Of a stretch of DNA of 64,000 nt, positions 33,689 through 47,408 are shown one piece after another. The stretch is from the NCBI RefSeq assembly GCF_009914755.1, contig NC_060929.1; one strand, 5' to 3'. Source of the DNA: the human T2T-CHM13v2.0 reference genome, Homo sapiens. Position 1 is the first letter of the stretch; every line of letters starts with the position of its first letter. The notes under the pieces were generated by a model. The model had not been told where the DNA came from, made no database searches, and saw nothing but the letters and a program-made list of their open reading frames with translations. The position numbers and the translations under genes are program-made.

Positions 33689-35320
33689 CCAATAATTCCT
33701 AGCATAAATAAGACCTGTTAGCCTGAGATATGTATCCAGACTTGCCTTTCTTTAAAAAAAATTGTCCTTTTCTCTGTTTTCTTTTCTTATTGGTGTTATT
33801 CTACCTTAAGAAGAAAATCTGGAAAAGCAGTTTATTAAAATTCATTCCGTCAAAGCAGAGTTAAATCACAAATGGGGAAAATTATCCCAAACTCAGAAAA
33901 GGGCAAGACAGACTAATGGGTATCCTTCAGGATCATGATCCACATTGTCCAGTGGACTCTCCAGGGATTGTCCAATTCCATAAGCTGAACATCTTGATCT
34001 AACTTTCTATTGAGTACTGTATTTTATATATCTCTAGTGGCAGAAACTAACTTGATGAAATCTGACAAAAATGTAAATTATTCTTACCCATAACAATGGA
34101 AATGAATTTTGTCTGGTGGAAATCCAATTGATTTATGCCTTGTAGAATAGATAACAAATACAACATTTAACATCCTATATGATATTAACCAGTTTTGAAT
34201 CTGTTTGCAAATTCATTTATATAATCCTGCACATACACACACACATAAACATACACACACTGCAGTTCTTCAAATTCTTCTTTGAACTAGTTTAACATCT
34301 TACTGGTTTGCTCATTAACTCATGAGTTAAATAAAATCTTTCCTGTATTCATTTTATATTTTTAAGAGTCATGAGTTATTTTTTCTAAAATTGAGCTTTA
34401 GCACAAAGCAGTTAAGTAAAATGGATAACTACTTTTTAAAAATCTCTGTCTAGAAGCATGTCTTCCAGATCTTCCAAAAAAAAAAAACCCTCATTATATC
34501 AATGCCACAGCATTAATAAAATAAGTTTCAAGTCACAGTCTTCCATTTATATCAGTTCATCACTGGAATATATTCATTTTTGTCAACAAAAAAATAAGAT
34601 TAAGTAAAATTGAATTAGAACTGTACATATTTGTGTAAGTAATAAAACATCTGTTTATTGTGAAATAAATGTTTTACAGAACGAGTATTAACTAAAATGT
34701 TGACAAGTATATCCGTAGTCAGTGTGGAGCAATTTTTATAATAAAATCTGCACTTTCTCTAACAAGTTCCCTTAGAGATTAAGAGAAAAACACACCGAAA
34801 TGTAAGAAAATAGATTGAAATTTTAGTATAACAACTACATAGGCTAACTTCACATTTTAGCAAATTCAGAAAATTTTAGCACTTTTCAGAAAATTTTTCT
34901 GAATACCCATAAACGGTAACCTTATATAATTAGTGATTTATATAGACAGACTCACCATTTAGATACTCAGAAAAAGCCATTTGTATAATGATCATATCAA
35001 CAAGAAACAAACAGACACTATTATTTGATTCTAAACACGTGACTGTGCAGATGAGGTTTCCTACTTCAGTCATATAAGGGACAATTCTGAGTACAAGACC
35101 GATATGCTCTATATTTCTCAACAATGAGGATTTTGCCTCCATCTGTTTTAATCATTTACTACAGATTAAGTATTGGTATTTATAAAAGAGTAATATGGAT
35201 ATGATTTGAAATGGCAAGCTCATTATAGAAAAAAGGACACAAAGTACCAAGTGAGTAAATATATATATTATATATATATGCTCTATATATAGAGAGAACA
35301 AAGAGAACAAATATGTATTT

Positions 35321-35322
<2 letters not shown>

Positions 35323-35355
<33 letters not shown>
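35323..35355. repeat. (TG)n microsatellite
   Basis: Direct reading. Confidence 0.95.
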
Positions 35356-35356
<1 letters not shown>

Positions 35357-36104
35357 ATAAAAAGCCTGGAAAGAAACCATCTGAACTGCTGACAGTAATA
35401 CTTTCTGAACCAGTTTACAGCGGATATGTTTTGTTACTTTCTTCATAATTTTCTAATTTTTTTCAAACTTTTTACAGTGAAATTGAATTTATCAAAAGTC
35501 CATGCTTTTTCATCTGTCACAGACTGTGCTACTCATTTTTCTCTCTTCAAGTTTTCATCTACCATTTCTTCACTTAAGTGTTTCTAAAACTCAAGAAGAA
35601 TCATGCTTTCCATTGTTCTCACAATTGTTTCTATTTGGTAATTGAGTTCACTGAGTGTGGTTCCTAAACTTTCAGCTATGGCAGGTCCACTCATTAACAG
35701 CTTGTGTCTGAGCATTTCAAATGTTTTACATGCCTTTATTCCCACTGTAAGTCATATGGCATAATTCTCCACTATTACAAGGAAAAATCCCCTCTGAAGG
35801 TATACCAATGACTTACTAGGAAGGAGCACATTGCATGGATATTTGCAAACTCAGCATGAAACATTATTAGCAAGGAATTAAACAGCATGTTTTCAGTAGT
35901 ATTCAAACTAGAAGCAAATGGCCCTTTTGTAACAGATATCTTATATCCTAATTATTATATTCCTTCTACATGGTTACAAAATAAACATATAAAATGAAAA
36001 TGGCATTTGGAAATGCATTTTTGTTGTACTTCAAAGATTGAGAATATTAGTTTTATCTAGTATTTAGGAAAGTCCCACAGATATCCAATATTTTTTCTGT
36101 AGTC

Positions 36105-36760
36105 AAGAGACTTTTGGAAGATGGTGGCTTCAATGAATCCCAACTTGATTAGCCTCTCAGTTCTCACCTGTCCACCTTTGCTGAGTAAGCAGCTACTGGG
36201 AAGAGCACGCAGGCAGGTTACAAGTGAGTCCCAACTCTGCATTCCTTCTGATGGAGACAGTCCCTCTGGATCAGAAATGAGTTTAGAGAACAGCATCAGA
36301 GAGGACTGAGACAGAAATTAGATCTCAAGAGCAGGTCTGTCCTTAGAGGCCAAGCACTCAGTAATTGCTGAAGAAGTGACTTGAAACCACCCTGTTCATT
36401 CAACTGAAAGTCTACAAGGAGCACAGGGAGCAGGAAATCTTCCTTCTGGGCATCCAGAGATGACTGACAACTTGACAACTCTTATAGCATCAGCCTCCAG
36501 GTAGAGTACAGTGACATACACCACTTACAGGTTGTCATCACTTAAATTTACACAAAGTAAAATTACCACAAGCTCCATGGGATCCTATCAACACAAAAGA
36601 AGAAATGGACAAGCAGAACAAGCCCCAATATCCTTAAGGATACTGCAGCTCTGGAGAAGAATGATAGCACCACCACACTTAGAATAATCACACAAGAGTA
36701 TATCAAGACATTTAAGAAAAGCTTAAAACAAGTTCTTGGAAATGAAACACATCATTTCAA
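36105..36760 (+). mobile_element. Possible ancient L1M/HAL1 5' region
   Basis: Starts gagacttttggaagatggtggc (L1M 5'-end-like YY1 motif), followed by A-rich ORF1-like sequence. Confidence 0.3.
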
Positions 36761-36764
36761 GCTA

Positions 36765-37250
36765 AAAAATGTTCTGCACTAATTTGCATTCCTCCCAACA
36801 ATGCATGAGTTCTCCTTTCTTCACATACTCACCAGCATTTGTTACCTTTTGTGTTTTTGCTAATGTCATTCTATATGGCATGAGATGATATATCATGATT
36901 TTCACTTGTTTCAAGAGTCCTTGGTCTCCCAATCTAAAATAGCTGTAACCATACTTGATGATTAGCGATGTTGAACACTTTTTCATATACTTGTTGACCA
37001 TTTGTATGTCTTCTTTTGAGAGATGTCTATTTGGGTGTTTTATTCATTTTTTAAATCAGATTATATGTTTTGTTTTGTATTGGTCTTGAGTCGTTTGAAT
37101 TTCTTATATATTCAAAATAGCTAGAAGAGAGACATTTGGTGATGAAAATGCTAAATACCCTGAATTGATCATCATACAATGTATATATGTATCAAATTAA
37201 ATGTGTCAATGTATCAAATTATGTGTCAATTAAAAAAATAAATAAATATA
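36765..37250. mobile_element. L1MA fragment with 5' inversion: minus part to about 37110, plus 3' end 37110-37250
   Basis: Minus ORF 36762..37001 [14 protein letters not shown]...; then ttcaaaatagctagaagagag...gctaaataccctgaattgatcat...tgtgtcaattaaaaaaataaa. Confidence 0.75.
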
Positions 37251-37319
37251 TAAAAATGCTTTAAAGTGACAGAAAATTGCTGGTAACACCTGAATTTGCA
37301 CGGTAACATGCTCTGCTCT

Positions 37320-37852
37320 AATCTTCTAATGATTTTCCTTGCTATTCAAAATAAAACTCCACCTTCTCACTATTGTTGAAAGCTCCGTTATGACCTTCTA
37401 TTCCACTACTCCCTGACCTCGATTCTACCTTCTCTCCTCTTAAACTATTCTAGACATATTTTGCAGTTTTTTGTACACATAATGAAAGCATGATCACGCC
37501 TCCAGCCTTTTGCACTTGGTCTTCCCTCTGCCTACATCAGTCTCCTCCCAGATAGTCACGTCTTACTCTCTCTTTACATTCAATTGTCACTCCATTCAAG
37601 AGTCCTTGGTCTCCCAATCTAAAATAGCTGTAACCATACTCTCTCAAAACCTTTATTCATTTTTATTCATCTATATGATATGTATTATTGTCTGGCATAT
37701 TTTTAATTGTTCATTGTTTTCAATTTCATCTCCTTTCCAGCAAGCATATACTCTGCATAAGCATGTCTGGTTTATTCACTTCTGAATTTGTAGTACCTAG
37801 ATCAGTGTCTGGCACACAGTAGGTATTCAACAAATTTATTGAATCAGTGAAT
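37320..37852 (+). mobile_element. L2a 3' end
   Basis: gtacctagatcagtgtctggcacacagtaggtattcaacaaatttattgaatcagtgaa. Confidence 0.8.
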
Positions 37853-38079
37853 AACTAGGTGATTGAATAAATATGTGAATGAATACATGGTGGGTAAGCA
37901 TCAACTAAAATTGGTCTCTCATTGTCCTCAATTCTTGATATAGTGCTAATCTCTATTACAAAAAGCAATGATAAGCACTGTGGAAATGAATTCTTAAATG
38001 GTTTCATGTGTGTATGAGAGTGCTGAAATGATGATACCAAATACAGCAAAAAGCAGGGGCTGTGGGGCCAACATTTACT

Positions 38080-38500
38080 AGTGTGGCTGATTTTATTGTT
38101 TGTTTATAATTAGTTGCTTCCTCTGCACTCTTTCCAAATTCCTTATAGGTAGAGTACAATTCCCTGCCCCATTCCACTGATTTTGGGTTGATCATGTAAC
38201 TCGCTCTATAGCCAATGGAATGTGAGCAGCTGTGATTTTTGCTGCATTTGGGCAGAAGCTTGAAAGGCAGTTCTGCGACTTGGTGCTGATACTCTGGCTC
38301 TGACACATCCATTCTAGGAACTGCATGTTCCAGAAAGTTTGCTGGCTATTTCTTCAACTTGGGTTCTGAAATTAGAAGACACACAGAGCCTAGGAGATCC
38401 CATCAGAATTGAAGCCTTCCTATAGCTTTTATTATCATCAGCAATTACTATATGCTACTGGGTTATTGGAAATTTTGGCTGCAGAGAAACCTAATATAAC
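38080..38500 (+). mobile_element. MLT1 (I/J-like) LTR remnant
   Basis: ccctgccccattccactgattttgggttgatcatgtaactcgctctatagccaatggaatgtgagcag. Confidence 0.6.
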
Positions 38501-38939
38501 TAAGTATTTCAGAGGTTAAATATCACTGTGAAAACTAGGAAAGATGAGAAGACGTATTATTTATTTGTCTCTGTATCCCCAGAACCTAGAACCACAAATG
38601 ATATCAATATATTCCTAAATCTATATCCAGTGTCAATTTTCATTCAAATGAACTCTCTGTCCTTTATTTTGGATTGGCTCCCTTCTGTATAACAACAAAA
38701 TGGATTTTTGTTTCATTTGAGTCAGTCTCTAAACATTCAGAATTACACAAATTTTTCAGGCATATCTTTCTGGATAAGTGTAAGAAGAACAGTAAAAGTT
38801 GTTACCATTAAGTTTGTATTTATCTAATTGTGATTTAATAGGTTCTCAAGAAAATAAAATAATGTAAATAAACACATTTAAGAAGTGAGGATGAATGTTC
38901 ATGCATATACTTGAATGATAAAAGTAAATGAAGGAAACT

Positions 38940-39320
38940 TGTGGTCAGACTAGATCTATTCTCTACGAACATTTATTCCTATCTTCTAAACTTATAGCAG
39001 GATTATAGTTCCTTGGCCTCCTGTAGTTGGGTGGAAACAGATGACGAGTTCTGTACAATGAGTTGTGAGTGAGTTACATGGGTTGATTTTAGGCCAAAAC
39101 ATTTACTTGCCATTTTGAGACATTAAGAGTTCTGGCATGTGACTGCCAAGTTCCCAGATATAGCTTCTACACTAGCATGGATTCTGAGTGAATACTAAGA
39201 ATAGGTCTCTCCTGACAACCAATCTATGAGATGTAGTATAAAAATAAAGTCGAACTCTTGTTTTAAGTCACTGAGATTTTGAGGGGATTGTTAATAACTA
39301 TAGCATCACTTGATAAAACA
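38940..39320 (+). mobile_element. MLT1 (J-like) LTR remnant
   Basis: ccttggcctcctgtagttggg...gagttctgtacaatgagttgtgagtga...ttgttttaagtcactgagattttgagg. Confidence 0.6.
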
Positions 39321-39377
39321 TAGACGTATGGTTGAATATATATCCTCAGTGTATATGTGAACACACTAACATAATAT

Positions 39378-39817
39378 TGTAACTGAAACAGCAGGGGTTC
39401 AGTCTAGGTCCTGCTGCTCACCACACAGAAAGCCAATCACTGAGACAACAAGTATTGCCAGGGAAGAAGGCTTTAATCAAGTGCTGCAGCCTAGGAGATG
39501 CGAGTCTCAAACTCATCTTATTAACTGACTAAAATTGGGGAGGGGGTTATATAGCAGAAAAAAAAAATGTAACCATGTGTTGGAAAACAGGAACCAGGGA
39601 AGGATAAGGAAACAAAATGAGGGGTCTAGCATCTCAGTGTCTGGATGCAGTGATCTGGTGAGTTTCAGTTCTTTGATACTTTTTAAGAGGCCTGGGAGTC
39701 CTTTCCTGAGGAAGGAACTCGGATAAAACCATTGTAAATTTCAAGCTTTAAGATCAAAAGGGTCAATTTTTATGTTCATCCAAAAGAAGCATCTATGGGA
39801 CTACTGGGTCTGTTTCA
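39378..39817 (-). mobile_element. 3' LTR of a MER4-group ERV1 provirus (LTR23/LTR47-like, exact family uncertain)
   Basis: TGT...TTTCA termini; direct repeat of 45180-46118; polypurine tract on the minus strand at 39818-39837. Confidence 0.85.
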
Positions 39818-42800
39818 GCCTTCCCTTTCTCTTTTTCAATTCCTCAATCATGGAGAATCTGGTTGTCAATCATTCTGGCTGCTTCATGCTGAGGAGGGGC
39901 TTTGTGGACAGCTCCATACCAAAAGTGGCCACATGGTCCCTCAGAATCAAAGGCTAATCTAATACCGTAGTTTTCTGTGAAAACACAATCTTTCTATTCC
40001 CCACTTCCATCAAAGACAAATCACAGTAGGACCAACCTACCTGCAAAATAAGCTTCAGTCCCGTATAGTTGGCCTGATTACCCAAACACCACCTGGGCTC
40101 TCCTAACTAGGCCTTGCTGGAACCTCTCACAAGGCCATTTCAGTCAAAGCTTTGAAGAAATAACTAATTCTTCCAAAGAGTTCCCATTATAAATGAAACA
40201 GGTACTTATTAGCCATATGCAAATAAACACATTGCCATGAATTCACAAGTAGTTTTAAAATTGTGGAGAAATTAGGCAGAGAGAGAGAGAGAAATAAGCT
40301 TCAAATTCTGTTTACAAAAGTATAGTCTACTCAATACACTTCAAGTGTACTTAAAGGTTACAAATAAGTCTAAAGAAAAAAATTCTCCAGACCCTAAAAA
40401 ACAAAAAGAATCAGTAATGGTTCAAACCAAAAAAGTCATAAAAAATTATTTCATTCCTTCATTAGTCTGGTCCATGCAATCAACTCCTGCTGTGCTTTAT
40501 ATTGGGTTAGCAATCTTTACAAACACATCAGCTATTTAATTAGAAGCCTGGTAGTTTTCTCTCTAATCCAGTGGCGCAATCTCCAAATTTACCAGAAACC
40601 TTCATTCAAGAGTCCTTTTCATGAACTCCTCCTAAGAAGCAAGCCCTGGACTGTAGCTGATTGTAAATCACTTTTTGAGAAGAATCAATGCAAAACAACA
40701 ATTGTAGATGACAAAAGTATTAGGACAGCCATAATTAAAGACACAGTTGACAAGGAAATTTGGCTATGTCTGCTGACATACAACAATTTAATATAATAAT
40801 AATTACTGACAACATATATTAAGATATATCAGAATTTCAGAAATCTCATACAATCCTGGAACACATATTAACAGCATATCTATATAAATATAACCCAAAT
40901 AAAGTTAAATACCCCCTCACATTTGGTAATGCTTTCTATTTAATTCTAACATATCGAATAGGCCTAATATGTTACTCTTGGACTTTAGGAGACCCAATAT
41001 CCAAAAAAAGTTAGTTTGAGGTCAAAAGACTGAATTTAGAACTTGAAATTTTTCCGTTGGAAAGTCTGTCAAATATGAAAGGATTAAGACACATGGTATC
41101 ACACAATAGAATCACAAATTACTATAAAATAGCATTCATTTAGCAAAAATGATGAAACAAAAACATTTACTTATTGATAGAGAGGAGACACAGTTTCCCA
41201 AACAATAAGACCTAATAAAGAGAGCGTGAGGTCAACTAAGTCTGTCTCTCCCACCCCCTTTTTGTTTTCTTCTGTAGTTTTCCACAAAGGTAAATACAAA
41301 TCTCTTATTCTCTCTTGCATGAAAATTTTGTTCAAACAGAAAACCAAATTGCATTCTATCTTTGTATGATATATTATTAATATTAAAGCTAACTTTAATA
41401 AAACCTTATAAACAAATCTATCTAATTTTAATCAGTTGGACCATAAGTTAAGACTTCCATAAACCTTTTATATCCTTTTGCAATTTTCCATTAAAGAGCA
41501 GATGAATACTACAAGAAAACTTTCTAATTCGAACACATGGACCCAGATGCTGGCCTTTCATTAGAGTGCTTTTGATATTAATGTTTAATTTATAGGAACA
41601 CTCAACTAATCTTATCTCTGGAAATCAATCCTTACAATTTCACACACGCACCTCTTACACAATAGTCCCTGGCCCTAGAGGAGGTTGAAGCGTTTCAATT
41701 TTCAACCTTGTCTCTCACAAAACAGTTCATTTTGTTTGTCACCTTCTCCCAGGTCTTAAGACAAGGCTTTGTGTAGGGGCTCAAGGTTCAAAATTTAGCA
41801 GGGGTCAGTGCCTTTTTCAGAACCAGGAGTCAAAGCTCTGTAACTTAACAGCACAAGGATTAGTTAATAAGATATTTATACTACAGAAACTCCTATCATT
41901 CTCTCCAACATTTCACATATTAAAACACTGTGATTTTTGTATCTAGTAGTTACTGCCTGTAACACTTCAATCCACTGTATTAAAGTAGTTAGTTTACTGA
42001 TTGCATATGTCTAATTGCTAGCATTCTAGTGATAGACTATGACCAAATGCATCACAAATGTGATAAGTCCTATGCCAAACTTATCAAAGTAAGACAACTA
42101 ACTTTTCTCTCCATCATTAAAAAAAAAACGATAAATGCAAATTTCAGTTCTGGAAACTCAGTATGAAAATAAATAATCTTCTTTCACTTAAATTCTCTAC
42201 TACAAAACAAGGACAAAGTAAGAAAAAGCTCCCAGTAATTTCTTTTCAGCTATTTAAGAGTGTTATCACATATTTCTGAGACTGGTGTCCAGATACAGTA
42301 CTGATAACTGATTAGGTAATTTTCACCACTAAAATCTTCAATCCTGTGCAACATTTGTACAGAATTCATTTCCAAGTACACACATGAAGGCCCATCAGTG
42401 ATAAGTGATTGGGATACAAAATCATTAGAGAGTCTCACTTTTTTCATTTTTAAAAGTGATTATTATTAATACTTAAACCAGATGAATGTCACTTAATGCT
42501 AATAATGGTAAACACAACTGAAGTAGTATGAGAGAAACCCCAGTCAATGTAATTTCCTTAAGGACAAAGGCAATCTTTCCTAAATATTAAAACTTTGTGC
42601 CCATATCACAGTTTTTTTCTCATTATAGGAAAAGATCTGAAATGAACTCAAATTATTAATTTAATTGAATTACTTTGGATATACACACCATTTCAGCATT
42701 TCTACTCGCATCTACTTTTCCAAGTAACAAAATAAATAATACATTATTTCTCTTCAGAACTTATAAAAATAAGTATTTTATTTATTGATTTATTTTTGTC

Positions 42801-45179
42801 AGGAACCTTCAAGCTCATAGCTCTCTGGATCAGAGGTGTACAGTGTTATCCAGAGCCTTAAAAAAAAGCACATGATGGATATTTTTTTCCTGGTATACAA
42901 ATTAATGTCTTTAAGTCCAACAATACCATTATATATTTTGTGCAATTAAAAATTATTTTTAGGCACGTGACCAATAAGTTCTTTAGTGCTAGTATTAACT
43001 ATGCAGAATAGCAAATACAGTGTGAAGCAATACAAGCATTTATATGAAATTTAGCTCCATGCTAAACCTGGCTTCATGCTTAGCTATATTAAAAGAGAAC
43101 TGCTAAACGGTCAATTTAGTTTTTTTACAATATTTCTTATTTTACTTTCATCAAGATTAAGAGACTTAACTATGAGCAATGTTAATTAGCGAAATTCTCC
43201 AATTTTTCATTAGGTTTTAAAGAATATTTTACTATCTAAATTTTTCAAGTTTCTATTTTCACTGTATGTGAATGAAGATCGGCAGAGAAAAACAGGAAAA
43301 ACTACATGTGACTTACACAGACCATCTATGAATTGTTTGGACTTTCTGTTTTGTCCTAAATTTTTTCTCCTCCTTTTTTTAAATAATAAGTTATTTTACT
43401 TTAGGGTAAATATTTACCATACAAGATCCTGTTTCACTCAAAAGTATTCTCATTTTTTTAGAACTATTCTTACCAAAAAATTCATCTTTATATCCATAAC
43501 TTTCTTCATATCTCTCTCTCTTACTTAGTGGTTTCTTTCTACCTTGTTCATAAATAACCTTTTCAAGTCTGTAATTTGAATTAACCTTTAGATAACTTCT
43601 GAAATAGACAAAATTATTCTTTTCCTCACTAAGAATATATCTTCTTTGGCACATTTTATATGCAGAGTTATGTGTTAACTATAAGCCTTATCTTCAGTAA
43701 CCTTAAATTTTAGTGAAAATCTAGGAAGCATAAACTCCTGAGCTGCCTCTCAGATACTGGCATTTTATAGATGAGACTTATTCCACAATTTTTAGAAATA
43801 TGTTTCTCCATATCTTAACTTTTTCATAGTTGGAAATGGCCCAGACATCCAATGAGCATCAAAAATAATTTTAAGATTTTAAATTACACAAAATTTTCAC
43901 CGACAACATTTATCCCATTTACATGTACTCAATTCTTTTATTTTTAAGTTTATCTAGATTACTTCAGAAAAATTTACAGCCAGTGAACAATAAGTGCTCA
44001 CCTAAGTAAGAACCTTGAAGTTAAATATTTTTGCCAACAACGCAGAATATTCAGCTCACATTAAATTAGTCTCACTTGTCAAAGAAGGCACACAAACCAA
44101 TATCATTTTATTTTAGCTGGGTTTATAGTCTTTTAAACTTCTATGGCAAGCCCTGACACCTCAAAATATCTAGCAGAGACAAATATAAAACCCAGATAAA
44201 AATGTACACTGACAATTCTGAAGACATTTCTATTTTTCCTTTATCAATAATTTTAAAGCCAGCTTGTCCATTAAAGGTTTACTTAAGTTACATGAACTTG
44301 AAAAATACTTTAGACTTTCTTTATTTATGAATGGTCTTTTATTTATAAGCCAGTTTAGTAGACACAACATATAAATATATATACATAAACACATGCAGAC
44401 ATTCACACATACACATAAACACAGATCCAATAGCTTTTATCTCAGAACTCCAGCCATGAGACATCTGTGTAAACTCACCCGTTTACATGACTACACTTTG
44501 TTTGCCCTAGTAGGTAATCCACTGAAGGCTGTCATGCAAAATGTTGGGCAAAGCAGTTTTCATGGCAGTTTGATTTTAAAAGTCCAAACCTCCCCAGACT
44601 CCAAAGAACACTGGGGCCAAATAGCACCACAGAAGAACATCACATACTAACCAGGCCCGACCCTGCTTAGAACAGCAGCACAAAAGCCTGGATACGTGAA
44701 ACTCCATCACGCTTTCCCATGCAACAGCAAACTCCAGATTCTAAACAGTATTACAATAAGCTTTCTAATTCTAACTTCCCATGACACACACACAATAACC
44801 AAAACACAATCCAACCACTGCAGCAGCAAACAAGCCCCAAGAGTGTCCAAACTCAATCACGCGCTTCCTACTCTCAGTCAGTTGGGCTTTTTCAACCTGC
44901 AAACGGAAATCCTTTACAAGTTTTCCAAATTGAGAGGAGCAGATCCTGCTCTCTGGGCCAGAAAGGACACTTACCTATCTGGGCAGATGTCAAATTTCAA
45001 AGGCTGGTTCTTCTGAGGCAATCAGGAACATGGTTGGGGCCGGTAGTGGCAGGGCCAGAGAGAGGGAAACACACTTCTATCCAAAATTGAGCGGTCAGCT
45101 GCTTAGGAGGGCTTCTGAGACTCCTGGCCCATAGCAGCAGATCCACTAGCAATGCGTTCCCAGTCAGGGAAGCAAAATC
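39818..45179 (-). mobile_element. MER4-group ERV1 internal region, AT-rich and non-coding
   Basis: Bounded by paired LTRs, PPT and PBS. No recognisable gag/pol/env ORF in the track. Confidence 0.8.
45157..45174 (-). promoter_or_regulatory. Primer-binding site complementary to the tRNA-Glu 3' end
   Basis: Minus strand tgcttccctgactgggaa versus TGGTTCCCTGACCGGGAA (16/18), 5 nt inside the 5' LTR. Confidence 0.8.
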
Positions 45180-46118
45180 TGTTACCAAAACACCAGGGGT
45201 TTAGACTAGGTCCTGCTGCTCACCATACAGTAAAGCTAGACGAGTACTGCCAGGGAAGAAGGATTTAATCAGGTCCTGCAGCCAAGGACATGGGAGATTG
45301 GTCTCAAATCCATCTCCCTAATCAACTAAAATTAAGAGTTTATATAGCAGGGAAGAAATGTAATATTGTGTAGGAAAACATGAAGTCGGTAGGGGTAAGG
45401 AGGCAAAATGAGGAGCCTGGCTCTCATTGTCTGGCTGCAGTGATCTGGTGAGTTTCAGTTCTTTGATACTTTTTGAGAGGCCCGGGGGCCCTTTCCTGAG
45501 GAAGGAACTCAGGTTAAAAAAATGTAAGTTTCAAGCTTTAAGGTGAGAAGACTCCATTTCTTTTTTTCTAATTCTTTAATTTTAATTTTTCCGTAAGTTA
45601 TTGGGGTACAGGTGGTATTTGGTTACATGAGTTAGTTCTTTAGTGGTGACTTGTGAGATTTTGGTGCACCCATCACCTGAGCAGTATACACTGCACCCCT
45701 TTGTAGCTTTTTATCCGTCCCCCACTTCCACCCTTCCCCCCAAGTCCCAAAGTCCATTATATCCTTCTTATGCCTTATAGCTTAGCTCCCACATATCAAT
45801 GAGAACATACAATATTTGGTTTTCCATTCCTGAGTTACTTCACTTAGAATAATAGTCTCCAGTCTCATTCAGGGTGCTGTAAATGCCATTAATTAATTCC
45901 TTCTAATGGCTAAGCAGTATTCATCATATATGTATACCAGAGTTTCTTTATCCACTCATTGACTGATGGGCATTTGGGTTGGTTCCACAATTTTGCAATT
46001 GTGAACTGTGCTGCTATAAACATGCGTGTGCAACTATCTTTTTTGTATAATGACTTGAGAAGACTTAATTTCTATGTTTATCCAAAAAAACCATCTATGG
46101 ACTATTGGATCATTTAAA
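45180..46118 (-). mobile_element. 5' LTR of the same provirus, split by an L1PB
   Basis: tgttaccaaaacaccaggggtttagactaggtcctgctgctcacc...; resumes after the L1 as tttctatgtttatccaaaaaaaccatctatggact. Flanking atat on both sides may be the 4-bp TSD. Confidence 0.85.
45562..46055 (-). mobile_element. L1PB1-type 3' end
   Basis: taagttattggggtacaggtggtatttggttacatgag; TSD tgagaagact(cc/ta)atttct at 45544-45561 and 46056-46073. Confidence 0.9.
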
Positions 46119-46188
46119 ATATATCTTAAAGAAGAATACAAAATAATTAATAATAAGTATCTTTAATGAGTGGAAAGGGGGATTTTAA

Positions 46189-46526
<338 letters not shown>

Positions 46527-47029
46527 AAACTTTTTAAAAACAATTTATAAAAATAAATACAATCTGTCTTCCCCTGAAAAAAGAAAGAATGCCTTCTAGT
46601 AGAAAAGGATAAGAAACGAGATAATTAATGGGAGCTATGTTTGTATTAAAGAACTAGAAGCGGAACCTCAGAAAGGTCTAGTATCTGCTGCATGCCTATG
46701 ATTTCATTCTCTTGGGATATGGCGGGGGGGTGCACGGTAGTGAGCAGACAATAGGACTCATGTTCCATCAGCATATATTTTACATAAACTGTTCAAACCT
46801 AAGGTGTCTTAGGTGGAAAATGTACGTATTAGTAAAAGCTTGGGCCCCTAATCCTGCTAGCTGTACATGAAACATTCGGCAAAGCAGAGAAATCCATGGG
46901 CTAACCCTGAGTTAATTCAGAGCTTCAGAGAGAAACCTTAGGTTAACGACCCCACATTAACTAGGTTCAGCATAGACTAATGAGCTATTCTTTCTTCTTC
47001 CTCTGCCTGTGTGTTTCCCCTTTTCTTTG

Positions 47030-47330
47030 CATTAAATGTAACCTTTCCAAGGCAACATTTTTTAAACCATTTCTCTAAATTACTGCCTCCCCTCATTTTT
47101 ATCTATGGCAACCACTGCATTATTTCCATCATAGCATTTATTATAATTTGTCATTATTAGTTTATTTGTTTTGTATTTGTTTATTGGCTGTAGTGCCCCC
47201 TACAGTATATGTTCCATGAAGGCAGGGATCATGACTATCTCTCTGAATACTTTATCCCCAGCTTTAGACAGTGGTAGATATATAGAACACATCCAATAAA
47301 TATTTATTTCATAAACAGACAGAACATTAA
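47030..47330 (+). mobile_element. L2 3' end
   Basis: gttccatgaaggcaggg...tttatccccagctttagacagtgg...caataaatattt. Confidence 0.7.
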
Positions 47331-47408
47331 ATAAATCATCTTTGTTCCATATACCAAACAGCTCTCATTTCACCAAACTGGGAAAAAATAGGAAACTACT
47401 GATTGTTT

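Noticed and set aside
36057-36478. Overlapping short ORFs in a GC-richer patch
   Set aside because: No recognisable protein; better explained as an old L1M/HAL1 5' relic.
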